DNA from: Erysipelotrichaceae bacterium
GTDB taxonomy: Bacteria; Bacillota_I; Bacilli_A; Erysipelotrichales; Erysipelotrichaceae
Length of the DNA stretch: 32,000 nucleotides
NCBI GenBank assembly: GCA_030604855.1
Contig: JAUVVC010000007.1
Location: 38,748 to 70,747, forward strand
Direction: 5' to 3'
In this document: positions 28,801-32,000 of the stretch, piece by piece
How positions within the stretch are numbered: the first letter of the stretch is position 1
How the letters are laid out: each line of letters starts with the position of its first letter
Made by a program: the position numbers and the translations under genes
Notes under the pieces: model-generated
Database searches by the model: none
What the model was told of the DNA's origin: nothing
Seen by the model: the letters and a program-made list of their open reading frames with translations, nothing else

Positions 28801-30046
28801 CAACGACATTTTCTGGATATGCAAAGAGTGGATTGAATGGGAAAGCTTCCATATAGTGACCTTGGTTAAGGATCTCACTTAGGATTGCCTTTTCATACCG
28901 TTCGATCTTTGTTCCTTTGGCGATAACGACTTGGCCTTTGGAATTGACGATGTCTTGGGCAACGATGTTATTGATGAGACGTGAAGTCACACCCAATTTC
29001 TTGCCCAATTTGAAACGACCCGCTTTCGTCAGATCATAACGACGCACATCAAAGAATTTAGCACGCATCAAGTTGATGGCACCTTCTTCGGTTGCGATTT
29101 CATCCGAACGTTGGTTGTTGTAGATTTCGTATAGGGATTCTTTGGTTGTTTTGATCTTATCGGATACCAAGGTATTCACGATTTCAGGTTTTTCACCAAA
29201 AAAGGCGGTGTATAAAAGAATGTATAGATTTAAGAACTCACGCGATTCAGCTTCCATTTCAATGTTATGAACAGGAAGTTTAAGTGCTTGCAAAAAGACT
29301 TTGAAGGCTGACGTATCAAAAGCATCCTCACCACGTTCCATATCCAAAGAGAAACCAATGGCTTTGAACAAAATGGAGGATAGAATCTTACGCTTACGGT
29401 CAATACTTACATTAAAGTGGAAGTCGGAGCTTGCGGCACCACTTTCACCAGAATAGGTTGCTTGAGGATTGTTTGCTTTTTTGAAGGCGGTCATGAACTC
29501 CAACCAAGTACCACGACTTGGGATCAGTTCACTCTTATATACTTCGTTCAAACTGGCTTCTTTATCTTTCATATAGAAAGAATCATAGTAAGCACCAGGA
29601 GATCGAACGATCTGTGAAACGATGACACGTTCCGCACCGTTGATGACAAACGTACCAGTATCCGTCATCAAGGGGAATTCACCCAAGAATACTTCTTCAT
29701 GACGTTCTGTGATTTCACCTGTTGTCGGATTCATGATTTCCAACATCATGGTCGCTTTCAGAGGTGCTGCATAATTTGCTTCGCGTTCCTTACATTCGCT
29801 GACGGAATATTTAGGTTCTTGAAATTCATACGTTAAAAAGTTCAAACGAATGTTTCCGGTATAGTTGGTTATCGGATAGATTTCCTCGAAGACTTCACGA
29901 ATACCCTCACGTTTAAACCAATCAAATGAGTCGGTTTGAATTTCTACAAGATTAGGGAGTTCAAGGCTTCCGCTAACTTTTGAGTAATCGCGGCGTTTTG
30001 CTTTTTTACCGAATTCCACAACTCGGTAAGATTTATTGTTTTCCAT
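25871..30046 (-). CDS. rpoB: DNA-directed RNA polymerase beta subunit (1391 aa, with lineage-specific expansions)
   Basis: Contains [60 protein letters not shown] and [33 protein letters not shown]. Canonical beta subunit. Confidence 0.99.
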   Translation of the reverse strand: MENNKSYRVVEFGKKAKRRDYSKVSGSLELPNLVEIQTDSFDWFKREGIREVFEEIYPITNYTGNIRLNFLTYEFQEPKYSVSECKEREANYAAPLKATMMLEIMNPTTGEITERHEEVFLGEFPLMTDTGTFVINGAERVIVSQIVRSPGAYYDSFYMKDKEASLNEVYKSELIPSRGTWLEFMTAFKKANNPQATYSGESGAASSDFHFNVSIDRKRKILSSILFKAIGFSLDMERGEDAFDTSAFKVFLQALKLPVHNIEMEAESREFLNLYILLYTAFFGEKPEIVNTLVSDKIKTTKESLYEIYNNQRSDEIATEEGAINLMRAKFFDVRRYDLTKAGRFKLGKKLGVTSRLINNIVAQDIVNSKGQVVIAKGTKIERYEKAILSEILNQGHYMEAFPFNPLFAYPENVVVSTAHPFALIGRILAEECEVNGVVFDKGMVLTSTDVEALATTYENIQIYGGLIARRVVLDKSNVRAVLNYGQRFYVLGRITANNQDVLTSNQEYLVDRYIPSEAIAKLKSDQEQALVNLVSANTGVEVWLIGAAVQVVLAYAKESEEVIKVIGTDPLTTKKTVTMSDMLASFAYLVNLQDGIGETDDIDQLGNRRIRTVGELIQNQFRIGLSRMERVVKERMSITDNTNLTPKNLTNIRPLTAAIKEFFSSSQLSQFMDQTNPLAELTNKRRISALGPGGLTRERAGFEVRDVHASHYGRICPIETPEGPNIGLISNLTSYGRVNEYGFIQTPYRIVQEDGSVSDEVIYLSSDDEMDYYIAQANEVVDGRLANEEVVVRYKGDHILTKREMVELADVSPKQIVSVATACIPYLENDDASRALMGANMQRQAIPLLRPNSPYVGTGIEHRIATDSGSAVIATGQGIVTYVDANKVVVQGDAGEKVYSLQKFKRSNQGTCINQKPLVRKGEMVDRGDVLADGPAMQDGELALGQNVRIAFMTWYGYNYEDAVIMSERLVKEDVYTSIHIEEYDIEVRDTKLGPEEITRDIPNVSQDACRHLDARGIVMIGAEVKEGDILVGKVTPKGQSEISPEEKLLLAIFGDKSREVRDNSLKVPHGGSGIVQSVRIFKRSEGHDLAPGVNEVVKVYIVQKRKISEGDKMAGRHGNKGVISKILPVEDMPFLPDGSQVDIMLNPFGVPSRMNIGQVLEIHLGLAAQKLGVKFATPVFDGINNEDLKEIMREAELSEDGKTTLFDGRTGEAFDERISVGVMYMIKLAHMVDDKLHARATGPYSLVTQQPLGGKAQNGGQRFGEMEVWALEAYGAANTLQEILTIKSDDIMGRTKTYEAIIKGKDIPEPGVPESFRVLKNELNALAIDVRLLDENGDDVGMKKIEVEDAIAVNLDEELVHTTYALDEEFVAEAAVVGADDYAEISEEE

Positions 30047-30139
30047 ATACGCCTTCCTTTCTTGATAAATAACACAAAAAGGGCATTTTTTCCCATCATA
30101 TCATTTATCGTTTATGCAATTTATAATACTATCAAAATA

Positions 30140-30745
30140 CTAGTCTAAAGTCAATGGTTTACATGCTTTGATTATTTCGAAACCCTTATGCAGATCGATG
30201 CGTTCAACGTTTTCAAAACGAAGCTGCAGAGCTTTGAAAGCTGATGCCGCTCCTTGTTGACGTCGAATGACCACATAGAGACAACCATCTTTTGTAAGAT
30301 GTTTATTTGCTAAATCAAAAAATGCATAAACCACTTGCTTACCTGCACGAATCGGGGGATTGGTCACCACCACATCGTATTCACCTTCAATGCCCGAAAG
30401 AACATCTTGGTTTCTGAAATCAACATCCAATTTCATCCGTTGCACTGTGCGAAGAGCACACTCAACAGCTCGCTCATTGACTTCATACGCTGTGACTTGA
30501 AGATCCGTCTGTTGATGTTTCAACAACACACTGATCAAACCATATCCGGAGCCTAGATCCAAAACTTTACCCTGAACATTTTGCATAAGGATGTTTTCCA
30601 CAAGCAGTAAAGAGCCATCATCTGGTTTTGACTTAGAGAAAACGCCATCGTCCACATTGAATGTGTAATTAATGCCCAAAAACCGGAAAGTGATTTCCTT
30701 CCGGTTATGGGGTAAATTTTCAGAGTTTTTAAAGTAATGTGTCAA
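30140..30745 (-). CDS. Class I SAM-dependent methyltransferase, RsmC/YbxB-like (probable rRNA methyltransferase)
   Basis: 201 aa with the SAM motif VLDLGSGYGLISVLL and the N-methyltransferase motif VVTNPPIRAG. It occupies the same rplL-rpoB position as B. subtilis ybxB. It uses a TTG start at 30745, preceded by AAGGGGGG. Confidence 0.8.
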   Translation of the reverse strand: MTHYFKNSENLPHNRKEITFRFLGINYTFNVDDGVFSKSKPDDGSLLLVENILMQNVQGKVLDLGSGYGLISVLLKHQQTDLQVTAYEVNERAVECALRTVQRMKLDVDFRNQDVLSGIEGEYDVVVTNPPIRAGKQVVYAFFDLANKHLTKDGCLYVVIRRQQGAASAFKALQLRFENVERIDLHKGFEIIKACKPLTLD

Positions 30746-30786
30746 AGCTGACCCCCCTTCACTACACAGAGTGTTAGTGAAAAGGA

Positions 30787-31158
30787 TTACTTAATTTCTA
30801 CGACTGCGCCAGCTTCTTCCAATTTCTTTTTAACTTCAGCAGCAACATCTTCGGAAACTTTTTCCTTGATTGCCATAGGAGCCTTGTCAACCAAGCCCTT
30901 CGCTTCAACTAAGCCTAAGCCTGTCAATTCGCGAACTGCCTTGATAACGTTGACCTTGCTTGGTCCAACTTCCTTCAAGATAACATCAACTTCAACTGGT
31001 CCAGCAGGAGCAGCTTCTTCAGCAACTGCAGCAGCAGCTACAGGAGCAGCAGCGGATACACCAAATTCTTCTTCAATTGCTTTTACTAATTCATTCAATT
31101 CGAGGATGGTCATTTCCTTTAAGGAAGCGATCACATCTACAGCATTTAATTTTGCCAT
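30787..31158 (-). CDS. rplL: 50S ribosomal protein L7/L12
   Basis: ...[27 protein letters not shown]...[31 protein letters not shown]. Canonical L7/L12. I prefer the ATG at 31158 (MAKLN..., 9 nt after GGAG). The track start at 31164 is only 3 nt from the SD. Confidence 0.95.
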   Translation of the reverse strand: MAKLNAVDVIASLKEMTILELNELVKAIEEEFGVSAAAPVAAAAVAEEAAPAGPVEVDVILKEVGPSKVNVIKAVRELTGLGLVEAKGLVDKAPMAIKEKVSEDVAAEVKKKLEEAGAVVEIK

Positions 31159-31178
31159 GTTCATTTTCTCCTTTTTAA

Positions 31179-31670
31179 TTAAGCTTCTTTTTGTTCTGCA
31201 ACTTGCGAGATAGCGTAAGCGAACTTACGAACTGGGGATTGTAACATACCCAAGATCATAGAGATCATGCCTTCGCGACCAGGTAAGCCTGCAAGCGTTT
31301 TGATCATGTCTGCGTCAACGACTTTGCCTTCGACAACAGCACTCTTCAATACCAATAATTTGTGTTTCTTGGCGAATTTTGCCAAAACACGACTTGGGGC
31401 AACTGCATCATCGCTGAATGCGAATGCATTTGGACCCACGAGGCTTTCTGCTAAGTCTGTGTAACCGAGATCATTTGCGGCACGTTCAACCATTGAATTC
31501 TTATAGACTTTAAAGTCAATTTTTTCCTTCAATAATTCACGGCGCAATTCGGTGACTTCCTTAACAGACAAGCCGCGATATTCGACAACGACGCTGGATG
31601 CGGATTTTTCGAGTTTCTCACGAATTTCCGTAACGACCAGCTTCTTACTTTCGAGTATCGATTGGTTCAT
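31179..31670 (-). CDS. rplJ: 50S ribosomal protein L10
   Basis: The true start is [18 protein letters not shown] at the ATG at 31670, with GGAGG 8 nt upstream. The track ORF extends spuriously to 31727 through the leader. 163 aa, L10 family. Confidence 0.95.
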   Translation of the reverse strand: MNQSILESKKLVVTEIREKLEKSASSVVVEYRGLSVKEVTELRRELLKEKIDFKVYKNSMVERAANDLGYTDLAESLVGPNAFAFSDDAVAPSRVLAKFAKKHKLLVLKSAVVEGKVVDADMIKTLAGLPGREGMISMILGMLQSPVRKFAYAISQVAEQKEA

Positions 31671-31815
31671 CTTGTACACCTCCTTGTATTTTTTTTTACA
31701 ATATCCCAAAAAATAAAACTCACGCATTAGACAGCGTGAGTAAAAAGAGTTTATCTTTTCGTCCTCGGCAACATGATTAAGCTTTGAGCCGTTGCTGTCT
31801 TTGGTCTATTGAACA
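31671..31815 (-). promoter_or_regulatory. rplJ (L10) leader with an intrinsic-terminator attenuator
   Basis: This is a ~145-nt leader. The minus strand has ACTCACGC-TGTCTAAT-GCGTGAGT (plus coordinates 31718..31741), followed by TTTTATTTTTT (31708..31718) about 35 nt before the SD. An upstream helix pairs GCAAC with GTTGC. The position and architecture fit the Firmicute L10-leader class. Confidence 0.6.
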
Positions 31816-31821
31816 GTCTCT

Positions 31822-31849
31822 ATTCTAACAAATAAATGATAAATGTCAA
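31822..31849 (-). promoter_or_regulatory. Candidate rplJ-operon promoter: TTGACA-16-TAGAAT with a TG extension
   Basis: On the minus strand, a consensus TTGACA lies at 31849..31844, followed by a 16-nt spacer ending in TGT and then TAGAAT at 31827..31822. Confidence 0.6.
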
Positions 31850-32000
31850 ATGCTTTTATCAAGCGGTTTTATCAACGTGAAATGAAAATGTAAATTCCGC
31901 ATGGGTATGGAATTTAGCTTTACAAATGGAAAGGTGGAATTAAGCCTTACAAATTCAGTATAATGCCAATCAAGAAGGTGTCGGGAAAATCATTGGAAAG

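Noticed and set aside
30047-30139. A dedicated rpoB promoter or terminator in the methyltransferase-rpoB spacer
   Set aside because: No -35/-10 pair with acceptable spacing could be found: TTGATA and TTGCAT have no properly spaced -10. The GGG...CCC plus TTTTT element has only a 3-bp stem. rpoB is probably expressed by read-through from the rplJ promoter.
30759-30780. Stem-loop TCACTAACAC-TCT-GTGTAGTGA between rplL and the methyltransferase, considered as a terminator
   Set aside because: The 9-bp stem has a bulge and is followed by AGGGGGG, which is the SD region of the next gene, not a U-tract. At most it is a partial attenuator or processing site, which is insufficient for a terminator call.
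31671-31727. 19-codon upstream extension of rplJ (track start at 31727)
   Set aside because: It runs through the SD and the leader terminator U-tract. The conserved L10 N-terminus starts at 31670 with a well-spaced GGAGG.
31947-32000. Possible 3' end of a minus-strand gene (…LSNDFPDTFLIGIILNL, stop at 31947..31949), considered as rplA
   Set aside because: Only 17 codons are visible. The hydrophobic tail does not resemble an L1 C-terminus as far as I can recall, and it cannot be identified from this window.
1-32000. Alternative genetic code (UGA=Trp), considered because of Mollicutes-like protein tails
   Set aside because: All conserved proteins translate full-length under the standard code, and icd terminates at a TGA (9056..9058) at the expected protein length. 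Code 11 applies.

Overview
This window is almost entirely core gene-expression machinery from a low-to-mid-GC Bacillota-like bacterium. It uses the standard genetic code: TGA acts as a stop, and all conserved proteins read through intact. All but one gene lie on the minus strand. Read in the minus-strand direction of transcription, the order is as follows. (1) An rplJ promoter, an L10-leader attenuator, rplJ, rplL, a YbxB-like methyltransferase, rpoB and rpoC. (2) The str operon: rpsL, rpsG, fusA, an internal promoter and tuf. (3) An ~8.1 kb non-ribosomal block wedged between tuf and rpsJ. (4) A complete S10 operon and the first part of the spc operon, running from rpsJ to a truncated rplF. 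The block holds a plus-strand class-I aminotransferase, a DUF2294/MpsC-like small protein, an archaeal-type PEP carboxylase, a ~640-aa aconitase, an NAD-type isocitrate dehydrogenase and a citrate synthase. Together these give a complete PEP-to-2-oxoglutarate-to-glutamate route. The same 23-nt tandem CodY-box-like operator occurs at two intergenic sites in the block. The most unusual object is RpoC, at 1928 aa. It carries a ~630-aa insertion made of nine degenerate tandem ~65-aa repeats, located immediately N-terminal to the bridge-helix segment. RpoB (1391 aa) and ribosomal proteins S3, L24 and L3 also carry lineage-specific expansions. I saw no mobile elements, CRISPR arrays, tRNA or rRNA genes. 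All promoter, terminator and operator calls come from reading the sequence by eye and were not computed.
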